This document shows positions 36,840-47,445 of a stretch of 64,000 nucleotides of DNA, in pieces. Position 1 is the first letter of the stretch. Every line of letters starts with the position of its first letter. The notes beneath the pieces were generated by a model that made no database searches, was not told the DNA's origin, and worked only from the letters and a program-made list of their open reading frames with translations. Where the stretch lies: the NCBI GenBank assembly GCA_030059665.1, contig JANVYR010000001.1:256001-320000 (forward strand). Reading direction: 5' to 3'. Position numbers and translations under genes: made by a program. The DNA comes from Candidatus Calditenuis fumarioli (GTDB taxonomy: Archaea; Thermoproteota; Nitrososphaeria_A; Caldarchaeales; Calditenuaceae).

Positions 36840-37722
36840 CCAGGGCCTCCCGCTCCTCGGGGCTCAGCTCGAGCTCTATCACCCTCTTGACGCCCGTCCT
36901 CCCGATCACCGCCGGCACCACCGAGCAGACCCCCTCGAACCCGTACTCGCCCATGTGGTAGAAGGAGACGGGGATCACCGCGTTCCGGTCCCTGACGATG
37001 GCGTCCACCATCAGCGCCGCGCCAGCACCCGGGGCGTGGTGTGCGGACCATCCCTTGAGCGAGATGATCCTGGCACCCATCTCCCTCGTCGCCTTCACGA
37101 CCTCCTCGATCTTCTCCTTGCTGAGGAGCGAGGTGAGAGGTCTCCCTCCTACAGTAGTGTGCCTCGGGAGGAGCACCATGGAGTCGCCGTGCTCGCCCAG
37201 GATCGGGGCCTCGATCGAGTTCCAGGAGACGCCGAGCTCCTTAGCGATCAGCGTCTTGTACCTCCCCACGTCCAGCAGACCGCTGAAGCCCATCACCCTC
37301 TCCCTCTCGAAGCCAGTCGTCTTGAGGGCGACGTAGGTCATGACGTCGAGCGGGTTGGTGACCACTATCACCTTCGACTTCGGGGCGTGCTCCCTGATCT
37401 TGAGCGAGACGTCCCGGATTATCCCGGAGTTCTTCACGAGCAGGTCCATCCTGGTCATGTCCGCCTTCCGGACGAACCCGGCTGTGACCACCACCACCTC
37501 CGAGCCCTCGATGTCCCTGTAGTCGTTGGTGCCCGTGAACTCGACGTCGAGTCCCAGGATCGCGGCCATGTGGTTCAGGTCGAGCGCCTCACCCTGGGGA
37601 AGCCCCTGCACGATGTCCACCAGAACTACGTCACCCAGCTCCCTCAGACCGATGTGGAGCGCGGCCGAGGTGCCGACCCTTCCGGAGCCGATCACGGCTA
37701 TCTTGGGCCTCATACCACGCAT
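36769..37722 (-). CDS. mdh: Malate dehydrogenase (LDH-like)
   Basis: GSGRVG, TAGFVRKADMTRMDL, VTNPLD, GEHGDS. Confidence 0.93.
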   Translation of the reverse strand: MRGMRPKIAVIGSGRVGTSAALHIGLRELGDVVLVDIVQGLPQGEALDLNHMAAILGLDVEFTGTNDYRDIEGSEVVVVTAGFVRKADMTRMDLLVKNSGIIRDVSLKIREHAPKSKVIVVTNPLDVMTYVALKTTGFERERVMGFSGLLDVGRYKTLIAKELGVSWNSIEAPILGEHGDSMVLLPRHTTVGGRPLTSLLSKEKIEEVVKATREMGARIISLKGWSAHHAPGAGAALMVDAIVRDRNAVIPVSFYHMGEYGFEGVCSVVPAVIGRTGVKRVIELELSPEEREALVRSVEKVRQAQMEVDRLLASQAS

Positions 37723-37815
37723 CTACTCCCGTCCGGGATTTGAAATAGTGAATGTCGCAATGGGTTGTCAGGGCCTGAGCTTCGATGTCGAGTTCCCTTT
37801 CGTCGAATTGCCTGG

Positions 37816-39150
37816 TCACGAGGTCGGTCTGGTGAAGTTGACCTCCCTCACGAGGAGGTAGGGTGCCAGCACTGGCGTCTCCACCTCCCACCACACGATC
37901 GGGTAACGCTCCGCGGACATGTCCTCTATCCCCGCGAGGATCCTGAGCATGTTGTCCGAGATGCGGAGGCCCTTCAGCGCGCGCTCGATCGATCCGTGCC
38001 GGACGAGGAAGAGGCCGTCCCTGGGTATGGTGGAGAACTCCCCACTCCTCACGTCCCTGTAGCGGAGGTACCAGTCGTTCGTCACCATGATGCCGTTGTC
38101 GACCTTCGAGATCAGCTTGCTGAACGGCGTTCCCCCTCCCTCGACCACCAGGTTGAAGGGCGAAGGGACGATGATCCCCGCGTTCCCGGTGGACTCGGTG
38201 CCGAACTTCCGCGCTGTGGCAGAGTTGTGCAGGTATCCCCTCAGGACGCCGTTCTCGATGATCACCTTCCTCCTCGTTGGCACCCCCTCCTCATCGAAGG
38301 GCTCCGAGCCGTAGGCGCCCCGAACGGTGGGGTCGTCGATGAGCGTGAAGTTCTCGTGGGCCACCTTCTCCCCGAGCTTTCCGGTCAGGAAGGAGAACTG
38401 GCTGTCGACGTAGAAGGCCGAGGCCATTGACCCGACCTCCTCGATCAGGTTCGCGGCGGTCATGGGGCCGATGATCGCGTCGTATCTCCCCTCGCTCGCC
38501 TCGACCGGGTCCTTCATCATCTTCGCAATCTCACCCGCCTCCCTCCCGACCTTCTCGGGGTTGAAGTCGCTGAGCGAGCCGGTGCCTATCGCGAACTGCC
38601 CGCTGGATTCGCCGTCGAGGAAGGCCCTGACCGAGATCTCGAGCGTGTCCTTCACCGCCTCCGCCTCCACACCGCCGCTCGTCACCAGCCGCCTCACGGT
38701 CCTCCTGTGGACCAGCGTCCCGGCCACCCTTTTGGCACCCGCGTTGAGGGCCTCGTTCACCGCCCCCTCGACGAACCCCACGAGCCTCTCCTCGGTCACC
38801 CCGCGGATCCTCTGGTCCAGCAGGCCCTTGTCGTAGGAGAACGGACCCGAGGGCAGAGGTGCGTAGAGGTCGCTCGGCGGGGTGCTCTTCGCGGTCCTCA
38901 CCGCCTCCTGCGACAGCCTCTTCAGACCTCCTGCGGTCAGGTCGGTCGTCGTGAGGACGGCCCGCTGGGGGCCGAAGGCGACGTAGAGCTTGACGCTGCT
39001 CTCGTCGAACCTCTTGGCAACGGAGATCTCGCTGTTGGCGAACCTGATCATGTGCGTCACGGTGGTGAACGACTCGACGGCGACGTCGGTAGCTCCAGCG
39101 CCCCTCAACCTCTCCATCAGGGACCTGGCCTTTTTGGGTGTCAGACCCAC
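37816..39150 (-). CDS. TldD/PmbA-family protein
   Basis: IRFANSEI, FDEEGVPT, STGNAG, LKGLRISDN. Confidence 0.9.
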   Translation of the reverse strand: MGLTPKKARSLMERLRGAGATDVAVESFTTVTHMIRFANSEISVAKRFDESSVKLYVAFGPQRAVLTTTDLTAGGLKRLSQEAVRTAKSTPPSDLYAPLPSGPFSYDKGLLDQRIRGVTEERLVGFVEGAVNEALNAGAKRVAGTLVHRRTVRRLVTSGGVEAEAVKDTLEISVRAFLDGESSGQFAIGTGSLSDFNPEKVGREAGEIAKMMKDPVEASEGRYDAIIGPMTAANLIEEVGSMASAFYVDSQFSFLTGKLGEKVAHENFTLIDDPTVRGAYGSEPFDEEGVPTRRKVIIENGVLRGYLHNSATARKFGTESTGNAGIIVPSPFNLVVEGGGTPFSKLISKVDNGIMVTNDWYLRYRDVRSGEFSTIPRDGLFLVRHGSIERALKGLRISDNMLRILAGIEDMSAERYPIVWWEVETPVLAPYLLVREVNFTRPTS

Positions 39151-39282
39151 GTGATTCCGATCATCTGGGCCGCCTTAAGGACTTGCGCTGAAGCGGCGGG
39201 GCAACAGGTCACGGCCGCGACCCCAAGGGTCGGCGTCGGGGCTGACAGGCTCAAGAGAGGGCATCGCCACTGGATTTCGGGC

Positions 39283-40818
39283 GTGTCGGTGCTGGAGATC
39301 AGGTACCCTGTGATGACGAGGAAGGGCCTGCAGGAGGAGGTGCTGAGGGTTCTAGGGCAGGGTCATAGACACCTCTTCTCCGAGCGGTCAGACGGCATCA
39401 GGGTCGTCTCGGTGGACCTGAGGACGTTGAGGGAGGACGTGGAGCGCTCAGAGATCGGCGAGCTGCTCGCCGCGAGACTTCTCACGCCTTTCTCAGCGTC
39501 GGGCGATCCCGATCCGCTCCGGGAGCTCCTCGTCGGCTACGGCATGAGGTTGGTGACCGAGGGCGTGAGCGACCTTCTCAGGGACTTCGGGGGGATGGCC
39601 CACAGGCTCAGGTTCGGGCCCGAGTACTTCGTGCTCAGAAAGGTCCGCGCGCTCACCTCCATCTACCCGCCTTTGTGGAGGGTCTTCTGGTGGGCGTCCA
39701 CCGAGCACTACGACGCGTCGGCGTTGAGGAGGGTGGTCGAGAACCTCAATCCCGCACTGGACCGCGCCGTCGAGGACGGAATTGTGACCCGTGACCACGC
39801 CTCCGGGTCGCTGCGAATCCCCGTTTCGGAGAGGGCGCTCCGATCCGGGTCGGTCGCTAAGACCACGAGGGCCCTTGCGGGGAGGCTCCAGGCCTTCCTG
39901 CGCGCCGGCGCCTCCGGGATCGCGCTGCCGAGGATCGTGCTGGAGGAGATGGCCGAGGGCGGATGGGAGGGGCTGGGGATGAGGGACCCGGAGTCGCTGC
40001 TGACGGTCATGACGGATCTCGGGCCTTCGAGGATAGATGACGACTCGGACGTCGTCGACCTCATCACCAGGAGCCTCAGGGTCGAGAGGTCAAGCGTCAG
40101 GGTAAGCCGGATCGGGAAGGCTTTCAACTCCACTTACCTGATCGAGGTGGAGGTTGACGGGGACCGGAGGACGCTCTTCCTGAAGAGGTACCTGGCGTGG
40201 AACAGCGTCAAGTGGGTGGCTGCGAAGCTCTGGGCCTTCCCGCTGAGGAACTTCCACGTCTCGCCCGCCATGCGTCTCAGCAACGAGCTGTTCTTCATGG
40301 ACTACCTGAGGGAGAGGGAGATCCCGACGCCGAGGGTAATCCACGTCAGCTGGAGGCGGAAGCTCATGGTGAGGCAGGCGGTCAGGGGGTCCTCCGCGAT
40401 GGAGGTGTGGACCTCTAACCGTTCCAGCGGCTCGGAGGCCGAGGGGGTCGCGAGGGAGTGCGGCCGCCTGATCGCGAGGGTCCACCGGGAGGGAGTGGTG
40501 GTGGGCGACTGCAAGGCAGACAACGTCGTGGTCGACGAGTCCGGAAGGCTCTGGCTGGTGGACCTCGAGCAGGCTTCTCTCTCCGGAGACAGGTCATGGG
40601 ATCTGGCGGAGTTCGTCCTCTTCGCGTGCAGGTACCTCGAGCCGGCGACGGCGGAGAGGTTCGCGGAGTCCTTCGCAGGCGGTTACCTGGAGCTGGGAGA
40701 TGAGGGCGTCGTGAGGAGGGCGCTGGACCCGAAGTACGTCCTGGTGATGATGCCCTGGTCGCCGATATGGACGCAGATGGCCGCGATCGACGGCCTCAGA
40801 AGGGCCCTGAAGGCCTGA
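39283..40818 (+). CDS. Kdo/RIO/Bud32-like kinase with large N-terminal extension
   Basis: FLKRY, GDCKADN catalytic loop, LVDLEQA, WDLAEF; start re-assigned to GTG 39283. Confidence 0.75.
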   Translation: MSVLEIRYPVMTRKGLQEEVLRVLGQGHRHLFSERSDGIRVVSVDLRTLREDVERSEIGELLAARLLTPFSASGDPDPLRELLVGYGMRLVTEGVSDLLRDFGGMAHRLRFGPEYFVLRKVRALTSIYPPLWRVFWWASTEHYDASALRRVVENLNPALDRAVEDGIVTRDHASGSLRIPVSERALRSGSVAKTTRALAGRLQAFLRAGASGIALPRIVLEEMAEGGWEGLGMRDPESLLTVMTDLGPSRIDDDSDVVDLITRSLRVERSSVRVSRIGKAFNSTYLIEVEVDGDRRTLFLKRYLAWNSVKWVAAKLWAFPLRNFHVSPAMRLSNELFFMDYLREREIPTPRVIHVSWRRKLMVRQAVRGSSAMEVWTSNRSSGSEAEGVARECGRLIARVHREGVVVGDCKADNVVVDESGRLWLVDLEQASLSGDRSWDLAEFVLFACRYLEPATAERFAESFAGGYLELGDEGVVRRALDPKYVLVMMPWSPIWTQMAAIDGLRRALKA

Positions 40819-40820
40819 GC

Positions 40821-41834
40821 TCACCCGAGGAGCTTTATCTGCTCAGCACCGACGGCCTCGTAGGACCCGAGGACGATCTGAAGGACCTCGCCGCGTGGAC
40901 CCTTGACCTCCTCGAGCTTCGCCCTAACCCGGAGCCTGTCGCCCGGCTCGAAGAGGCCCGCGAGGACCATGTGGTAGGACATGATCCGCTCGATCCCGAA
41001 CGCCTTCTCCTCAACGAGGTAGATGGAGGGTGTGAAGAGCGATTCCGAGGAGTCGGTGATCTCCACCTCGACCTCCACTATCCCCTTGCCGACGTACTGG
41101 TAATCTCCGTATCCGTGCATAGGTTGATCCCTGACGCCGAAGACCGAGTAGGGCGTCGTGCCGAAGAGGCCCTTGTGGGCCACCCTCGCCGCCAGAATCC
41201 TCGCATCGGTCGCAGGCATCCTGTAGATCGACCTGAGCGTCTCGACCAGCCCCTGCCCGGCACCGGGTTTCACGGGCTCGACCGCTGTCCTGAGCGCCTC
41301 CATGGCCTTCATCAGGTTACGCCGTCCGTAAACGAGCAGGTCTATGTCCGAGCGATCGTGGTGGATCCCCAACAGCAGCGAACCGGTGATGCCGAAGTCG
41401 TTCCGCTTGAGGCCGGCGTGCTCCTCGAGCCAGCGAACGAGGCCGATGGCTTCAAGCTCCAGCCTCGAGGCACGTCCTTCCTCCACACGCTCTGCGATCC
41501 TCTTCAGCCCCTCCGAGGCGCTCCAGTACTCGACCACCGCCTCCAGCGGCGGAGCCATCACCTCGTTCCCCACGGTCGGATCGTAGTACAGGTATTCCGG
41601 CCTCTTCGCCCTGACCTCGTCCATTATCGCGAGCAGCTCCCTCACCGTGTAGGTGGTGAAGGCCCTGCTGTAGGTCCTTCCGTCGGCAGCCCTCCACGGC
41701 CCTGGCCCGGGCACGTACTTCAGGTAGCTCCAGATCCTCTTCGGCGGATGGACGTCTCCGAGTACCGAGAAGATCCAGCCCTCCTCCGTCGCGAACATGT
41801 CCCTGTCCCGCGGCGCTATTCTGTCGACCCTCAA
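40821..41834 (-). CDS. Archaeal nucleotidyltransferase-fold protein (COG1665-like)
   Basis: GITGSLLLGIHHDRSDIDLLVYG (GS...DxD); ORF open to 41939, likely start TTG 41834. Confidence 0.8.
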   Translation of the reverse strand: MRVDRIAPRDRDMFATEEGWIFSVLGDVHPPKRIWSYLKYVPGPGPWRAADGRTYSRAFTTYTVRELLAIMDEVRAKRPEYLYYDPTVGNEVMAPPLEAVVEYWSASEGLKRIAERVEEGRASRLELEAIGLVRWLEEHAGLKRNDFGITGSLLLGIHHDRSDIDLLVYGRRNLMKAMEALRTAVEPVKPGAGQGLVETLRSIYRMPATDARILAARVAHKGLFGTTPYSVFGVRDQPMHGYGDYQYVGKGIVEVEVEITDSSESLFTPSIYLVEEKAFGIERIMSYHMVLAGLFEPGDRLRVRAKLEEVKGPRGEVLQIVLGSYEAVGAEQIKLLG

Positions 41835-42052
41835 GGTCCGTCCTCCCCGCACAGCCCTGCTTGATAACGGATGGGTGGCACCCTCAGGCCCCCTTGCGGT
41901 GCGCCCTGGTCCTCCGGAATACGCCATAACTTCCCTCAATTTTTGACAATTTGCCGAAGAAATGCCGTATTTACCCGTTAAGTAGCCACCACGTGACCCG
42001 CTAACGCGTCAAAAGTGGCAGATATAAATAATGGTCTTGAAAGGGGCGTGGC

Positions 42053-43021
42053 ATGGTGCTCGAGGTGGGAAGGCGGGTCGACGACGCTTCGATAGCCGAG
42101 CTGACCAGGGCTGACTCGATCGAGAAGAGGAGGGCTCACTTCGCGGTGGGGACGGTGGTTTTGAAGACCATGGTCGAAGAGCTGATCGACATGGGATTCG
42201 AGTGGGTCCTCCCCGTGATGCTCTCCAGGACCACGGACCCTCTCTGGCCCGACCCAGGCGCGAGCATAGAGAAGAGGATAGAGTTGGAGATCTACGGCGA
42301 GCGCGTCAGGACCATGCAATCGATGATCGTCCACAAGAGAGTTCTGGTATCGCTTGGGCCAGAGAAGTTCTTCATTCTCTCACCCAACATAAGAATCGAG
42401 AAGAGGGAGAGGGCATACACCGGGTGGCACCTCTACGAGTTCACGCAGCTCGAGATCGAGATGGCCTATGCGAGGATGCAGGACGTCTTCAGGGTGTACG
42501 AGCGGATAATGAGCGCAGCTGTCAGGAGAGTCCGTGAGGAGATGCGGGACGTCCTACAGGCCCTGGGGAGGGAGCTTCCGGAGCTGAGGCCTCCTTTCAA
42601 GGTCGTCAGCAGGAGGGAGCTCGTCAAGAAGTACGGCGAGGATTGGGAGAGGAGGCTGCCCCACGAGATCAGGGAGCCGGTATGGGTCACCGACATACCC
42701 AGGGAGTTCTACGACTACGAGGACTTCGAGACCGGCGAGTGGAGGAACTACGACCTCTACCTACCCGAGGGTTACGGCGAGGTGATCTCCGGTGCGGAGC
42801 GCGAGTACGAGTACGAGAAGATGCTGACCAAGATCAAACGGGACGGTCTCAGGGCCGAGGACTTCGAGGTGCTTCTAAGGCTTGCGAGGGAAGGGAGGTT
42901 GAAGCCCTCTGCGGGTGCAGGGCTCGGCGTCGAGAGGTTCATCGCGTACGTCGTTGGGGCACGTCACGTTGCGGAGGTCCAGCCTTTCCCGAGGATACCG
43001 GGGTTCGTCGGGGAACTCTAG
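42053..43021 (+). CDS. asnA: Archaeal asparagine synthetase A (AsnRS catalytic-core-like)
   Basis: TDPLWPD, SMIVHK, HLYEFTQL, EVISGAEREY, SAGAGLGVER; no anticodon-binding domain; TATA ATATAAATA at about 42021. Confidence 0.9.
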   Translation: MVLEVGRRVDDASIAELTRADSIEKRRAHFAVGTVVLKTMVEELIDMGFEWVLPVMLSRTTDPLWPDPGASIEKRIELEIYGERVRTMQSMIVHKRVLVSLGPEKFFILSPNIRIEKRERAYTGWHLYEFTQLEIEMAYARMQDVFRVYERIMSAAVRRVREEMRDVLQALGRELPELRPPFKVVSRRELVKKYGEDWERRLPHEIREPVWVTDIPREFYDYEDFETGEWRNYDLYLPEGYGEVISGAEREYEYEKMLTKIKRDGLRAEDFEVLLRLAREGRLKPSAGAGLGVERFIAYVVGARHVAEVQPFPRIPGFVGEL

Positions 43022-44019
43022 CGATCCCACCCCTGACCCTCAAGCCTCCTCTGGACGGTTTTCAGGACCTCGCCGGCAAGCCTCCGTCCCAGCTCCCTCG
43101 GGTCGGCGCCGGAGGCCAGCTCCCTCCTCGCCCGCTCGAGGTGTCCCTCCTCGATCAGAGCCGATTCGACGAGGGATTTGACCCGTTCCATCAGGACCTC
43201 CCTCATCTCCCACTCGTGGATCCTCGTCCTCCTGGCGTCGAGCTCGCCCGACTCTTTCATCGCCTCCAGCTCCGACCAGATCAGGTCTACCAGCTCCCGG
43301 ACGTTCTCGCCGGTCGCAGAGCTCACGGTCATCACCCTCACGCGCCTGTTCCTGCCGGAGAGAAGGGACTCCAGAACGGAGGCCATGAGCTTGGAGTTGG
43401 GGAGGTCGGACTTGCTCACGACGTAGACGTCGCCTATCTCGAGGAGGCCCGCCTTGATCGCCTGGATGCTGTCGCCGTAATCCGGAGGGACGACGATCAC
43501 CACGAGGTCCGCCACGCCCATGATCTCAACGTCGGACTGACCCGCGCCAACGGTCTCGACCATCACGGCATCGAACCCCGCAGCGTCCAGAACCCTGCAC
43601 ATGGCCCTGATGTTCCTGGCTATCGCGCCAGTCGCTCCCCTGCTGGCCAGGCTCCTGAAGTAGATCCCGGACTGGTTGACCTTCCCGACGAGCCTTACCC
43701 GGTCCCCGAGGACGGCACCGCCCGAGATGGGGCTGGTCGGATCCACCGCCAGCACCGCGACCGATTTTCCCCTCTCCCTCAGGACGCCGATCAGCGCCCC
43801 GATCAGCGTGCTCTTCCCCGCACCCGGCGGGCCCGCGAAGCCGATGACCGGAACCCCCCTCAGGTTTCCCCTGAGCCTGGAGAGCACCAAATCGCCAAGC
43901 GGGTCACCCGACTCTATCAGCGTGATGGCCTTCGCTATGTGGATCCTGTTGCCGGAGAGGACACCTGTGACGAGCTCGGTGAGCTGCTGCTCTGTCCCGT
44001 CTCGCTCAGGGGGCCCCAC
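43018..44019 (-). CDS. meaB: MeaB/ArgK GTPase (methylmalonyl-CoA mutase chaperone)
   Basis: GPPGAGKST, VDPTSPISGGAVLGDRVR, VETVGAGQS, QAIKAG. Confidence 0.93.
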   Translation of the reverse strand: MGPPERDGTEQQLTELVTGVLSGNRIHIAKAITLIESGDPLGDLVLSRLRGNLRGVPVIGFAGPPGAGKSTLIGALIGVLRERGKSVAVLAVDPTSPISGGAVLGDRVRLVGKVNQSGIYFRSLASRGATGAIARNIRAMCRVLDAAGFDAVMVETVGAGQSDVEIMGVADLVVIVVPPDYGDSIQAIKAGLLEIGDVYVVSKSDLPNSKLMASVLESLLSGRNRRVRVMTVSSATGENVRELVDLIWSELEAMKESGELDARRTRIHEWEMREVLMERVKSLVESALIEEGHLERARRELASGADPRELGRRLAGEVLKTVQRRLEGQGWDR

Positions 44020-45793
44020 CCTCCCCTTCCTCCACCGCGATCACCTTCAGCTGTGACCTATACATTTCCACTATCTCGTCGACCGTCGTGGCGTCCTCCG
44101 GCCTCTTGTCGGTCCTGTACCTCCCCGTGAACCTCGGGAACCTGACCGCCAGGCCCGAGTTCTTCTCGATCACGCCGTAGGCGCAGGTGTGGATGGGGCT
44201 CAGCGTGATCTCGTCGCCGACGATCTCCAGGACGATCTCGGGCTCAACCCAGACGTCCGGCTCCATCACGGAGTCCACCCTCGCGGGCTTCCTCGGAACA
44301 GCCCTCTCCTTGACCATCTCCGTCAGCCTCTGGAGGTCCTCCTCCTTGAACCCGGTGCCGACCTTGCAGACGCTCTTGAAGGTGTCAGTCGCCTTGTCGT
44401 ATGCGGCCATCAGGAAGGTCCCGAACCAGCCGCTCCTCTTCCCCTTCCCGTGGAAGGCACCTATGACCACGAGGTCGAGCGTGTCGACGAGCTTGGAGAC
44501 GTATGAGCGCTTGTATTTGATCCAGAGCCATCCTCTGGCACCGGCCCGGTAGACGGACTTCGGGGAGACGTCCTTGACGATGACCCCCTCGCAGCCGTCC
44601 TCGACGGCCTTCCTCATGAACAGGTCCAGGTCCTCCGGGTCCTCCACCATCTTTGCGACGGTCAGGCCGATGTTCTCGTCGGGAACGACGATCTGCTCCA
44701 GGACCTTCCTCCTCTCGAGGAGGGGCCTGCCGGTGAGGTCCTCGCCGTCGACGTAGATGGCGTCGAAGAAGAATAGACCGACCGGGTACATCTCGATCGC
44801 CTTCTCGATGTCGTACTTCCTCCTCCGGTGCATCAGTTCCTGGAAGGGGAGCATGCTCCCGGTGTCCGGGTCGACGGCCACCGCCTCGCACTCCACTATC
44901 GCCTCCTTCGCTTTGAGGTTCGTTTTGCATCGCTGGACCACGTCCGGGAACTGGTGGGTGATGTTCTCCTGCCTCCTGGAGAATATCACGATCTCGTCGT
45001 CGAGCTTGTGGATCTGCATCCTCTCGCCGTCGTACTTGTACTCCGCCAGCCCACGCCCTCCGAGCTTCTGGAGGATCTCGGCAGCGCTCGTCAGGCGCTC
45101 CGCCAGCATGGGCCTGACCGGGACCCCCACCTTGATCCTGACGGATCTGACGGCCTCGATCCCTCCCTCCTTGACAAGCCTCATCACCAGACCGATGTTC
45201 GAGGTGATGTTGTAGGCCCGCTCGATCTCCTCCTTGTAGAGATCCGGGTCGCCGAGGTAGGCGGCTGCGGCGTCTATGAAGGACATGTCGGCCACCCCGA
45301 GCCTCATCTTGCCGGTGATCAGCCGGACGATGTACTTCGCCTCCTTCGGCTCCGCCTTCCCAAGAAGGCCAGTCAGGAGCCTGACCTTGTCCTCCATCGC
45401 GCCCTCCCCCGTCTGGCGGGCTATCCTCTCAAGGGTCGCGTAGACCTGGTTGACCGTGAGGGGTTCCTGGAAGAGGAGCGTCTGGGACTTCTTCCGGGAG
45501 AGGAGCTGCTCCGCGACGAGCCCAAGGTCACCGAGCTTCGCCATGGCCTTCTCGATCTCCGACTCGCTCGCACCGGTCACCATCCTGATCGACCTCATGG
45601 CGAGCCGCTCGGCCATCCCAAGCTCTATCCCGACGTACGGAGGGTACAGCCTGCCGAGGGAGAGGAAGGTGATCTTCTCGGCCTCCTCGGGGCTCACCTC
45701 CCTCAGCAGCCTCACGAGGATCTCCCTCATCTCGAGCCTCTTCGTGGTCCCCTCGAGCATCTCATAGTACTCGCAGAGCCTCCGGAACTCCAT
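44006..45793 (-). CDS. lig: ATP-dependent DNA ligase
   Basis: EYKYDGER adenylation motif, EGVIVK, WIKYK, VRFPRF; start re-assigned to ATG 45793. Confidence 0.97.
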   Translation of the reverse strand: MEFRRLCEYYEMLEGTTKRLEMREILVRLLREVSPEEAEKITFLSLGRLYPPYVGIELGMAERLAMRSIRMVTGASESEIEKAMAKLGDLGLVAEQLLSRKKSQTLLFQEPLTVNQVYATLERIARQTGEGAMEDKVRLLTGLLGKAEPKEAKYIVRLITGKMRLGVADMSFIDAAAAYLGDPDLYKEEIERAYNITSNIGLVMRLVKEGGIEAVRSVRIKVGVPVRPMLAERLTSAAEILQKLGGRGLAEYKYDGERMQIHKLDDEIVIFSRRQENITHQFPDVVQRCKTNLKAKEAIVECEAVAVDPDTGSMLPFQELMHRRRKYDIEKAIEMYPVGLFFFDAIYVDGEDLTGRPLLERRKVLEQIVVPDENIGLTVAKMVEDPEDLDLFMRKAVEDGCEGVIVKDVSPKSVYRAGARGWLWIKYKRSYVSKLVDTLDLVVIGAFHGKGKRSGWFGTFLMAAYDKATDTFKSVCKVGTGFKEEDLQRLTEMVKERAVPRKPARVDSVMEPDVWVEPEIVLEIVGDEITLSPIHTCAYGVIEKNSGLAVRFPRFTGRYRTDKRPEDATTVDEIVEMYRSQLKVIAVEEGEGGAP

Positions 45794-45882
45794 GCCCACC
45801 TTCCGACGCGAAATGGGGGTGCGGGCGTGATGAACCTTGCGCTGAGCTCGTGCGGGGATCTGGTTCCGTTCTGACCGAAGTA

Positions 45883-47445
45883 TCACCCAAGGGACCTCCT
45901 GAGCAGTGCGGCCTTGACCAGGTCTTCCCTCGGGTCGTCGTTGGAGAGGATCGAGAAGACCACGTTCTCGACGAAGTTGAGGTACCTCCGGTCCGAGAGG
46001 TTCCTTGGGCCGACCTTGATCCCAAGGACCTCCTCTGCCGCAGCTAGGTCCTCGAGGTATGCGGGTATGAAGCCGTGTACGAACTCACGACCGAGGGTTT
46101 TGACCGCCTCCTCGGAGTTGTCGAGCAGGACGTTGATCGCCTCGAGCGAGACCCTCCTCCCCGCTGATCCCAGGTCCTCGTCCAGATGGACGTAGGTCGA
46201 CCTCAGGAAGGAGTACTCCTCCTCCGTCAGCTCCCTGATCGCCCTCAGCCCGATGAACTCTGGCGGAGTTCCGAGCGAGTAGAGCGCCGCGGTGAAGGGG
46301 ATGGCCCTCGGGAGCCTCTTGCCGGCTACGCGCCTGCTGTACCCGAAGAGGCCCACGTGCTGCCTCCTGGTCCTCCTCGGTGGAACGAAGGCGGCGACGA
46401 AGTTGATGGCGTCTGCTGCCATCTCGACCATCGCCTGGTACTTCGGCACCAGCTTCGAGGCGATCCTGGTGAGCGTCTCCCTGTCGACGTGGACGGGCTC
46501 GCCACCCGGAAGCCTTGAGTTCAGCTCCTCGACTCCAGCCCTCGCCCTCTGGACGTCCCAGTCGTACCTGAAGGCGGACTGGACCGTGACGGTGTAGACC
46601 CCGCGGTACTCCTCAACGAAGCGCTCAACCCGCTCAGGCGTGTTGTGGCCCCTGAAGGGGAGGGAGCCGGTGCCGATGATGGGGTATATGGGGATGCCGG
46701 TCTCCTCCGAGACAGAACGGCAGACGTGGAGCCCCAGCTTGGCCATCAGAACCGACGTGATGAGGCCGTAGTTCATCGCCGGATCGGACCTCGCCAAGAA
46801 GACCCTCATGTAACGCGGTCCCGTCACCTCGATGTATTTGAGAAGGAGTTCCTCGAGCCCGAGGAAGGAATCGATGTCCTCGACCAGCGGTATCACCTCG
46901 ATCTCCTCCGGCTCCAGCTCGCCGATCCAGTCGATCAGACGCGTCCCCCGGTAATCGATCGGTGACCTGAGGGGTTCGACCACGCCCTTCCTGTAGCTCT
47001 CCCTCACCCGTACCAGCTCCAGGTGGCTCGTCGTGAAAGGCAGGATCACCTCGAAGACGGCAGGGCCTGCGGAGGGGCCGTAGAAGGCGCGGGCGACGTC
47101 GTTGTGTCTCGGTATCGACTGGAGGGTCTCGAGGAAGAGCTTCCGCTCGGGTTCGATGGATGGGTTCGGCAGCCTGAAGGTGAGGAAGACGTCCCTCCCC
47201 AGGACCTTTTCCCTGAAGAAATCTGGGTAGTTCGTCAGGAGCTTCCTGACCACGTAGGGGTCGATGTCCTTCCCCTCAGCGTCCCACATGATCTCCTCGG
47301 CGCCGTACTCCGCGTAGGCCCAGTAGACCTCCGTGACCTCGTCCTCGCCCGAGATCATCGGATCGTCAGTCCAGGGAGGAGCGGCTGCGTGGTCGGGGTG
47401 CTGGCTCGCCATCGTCCTCGGGATCCTCCTCTCTCCCTCGACCAA
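45883..47445 (-). CDS. ppcA: Archaeal-type phosphoenolpyruvate carboxylase
   Basis: IPRTMASQHPD, MWDAEGK, ARSDPAMNYG, GSLPFRGH, LPRAIPFTAALYSLG. Confidence 0.93.
   Translation of the reverse strand: MVEGERRIPRTMASQHPDHAAAPPWTDDPMISGEDEVTEVYWAYAEYGAEEIMWDAEGKDIDPYVVRKLLTNYPDFFREKVLGRDVFLTFRLPNPSIEPERKLFLETLQSIPRHNDVARAFYGPSAGPAVFEVILPFTTSHLELVRVRESYRKGVVEPLRSPIDYRGTRLIDWIGELEPEEIEVIPLVEDIDSFLGLEELLLKYIEVTGPRYMRVFLARSDPAMNYGLITSVLMAKLGLHVCRSVSEETGIPIYPIIGTGSLPFRGHNTPERVERFVEEYRGVYTVTVQSAFRYDWDVQRARAGVEELNSRLPGGEPVHVDRETLTRIASKLVPKYQAMVEMAADAINFVAAFVPPRRTRRQHVGLFGYSRRVAGKRLPRAIPFTAALYSLGTPPEFIGLRAIRELTEEEYSFLRSTYVHLDEDLGSAGRRVSLEAINVLLDNSEEAVKTLGREFVHGFIPAYLEDLAAAEEVLGIKVGPRNLSDRRYLNFVENVVFSILSNDDPREDLVKAALLRRSLG

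Noticed and set aside
38707-39282. 5' extension of the kinase ORF
   Set aside because: Antisense to the TldD/PmbA gene
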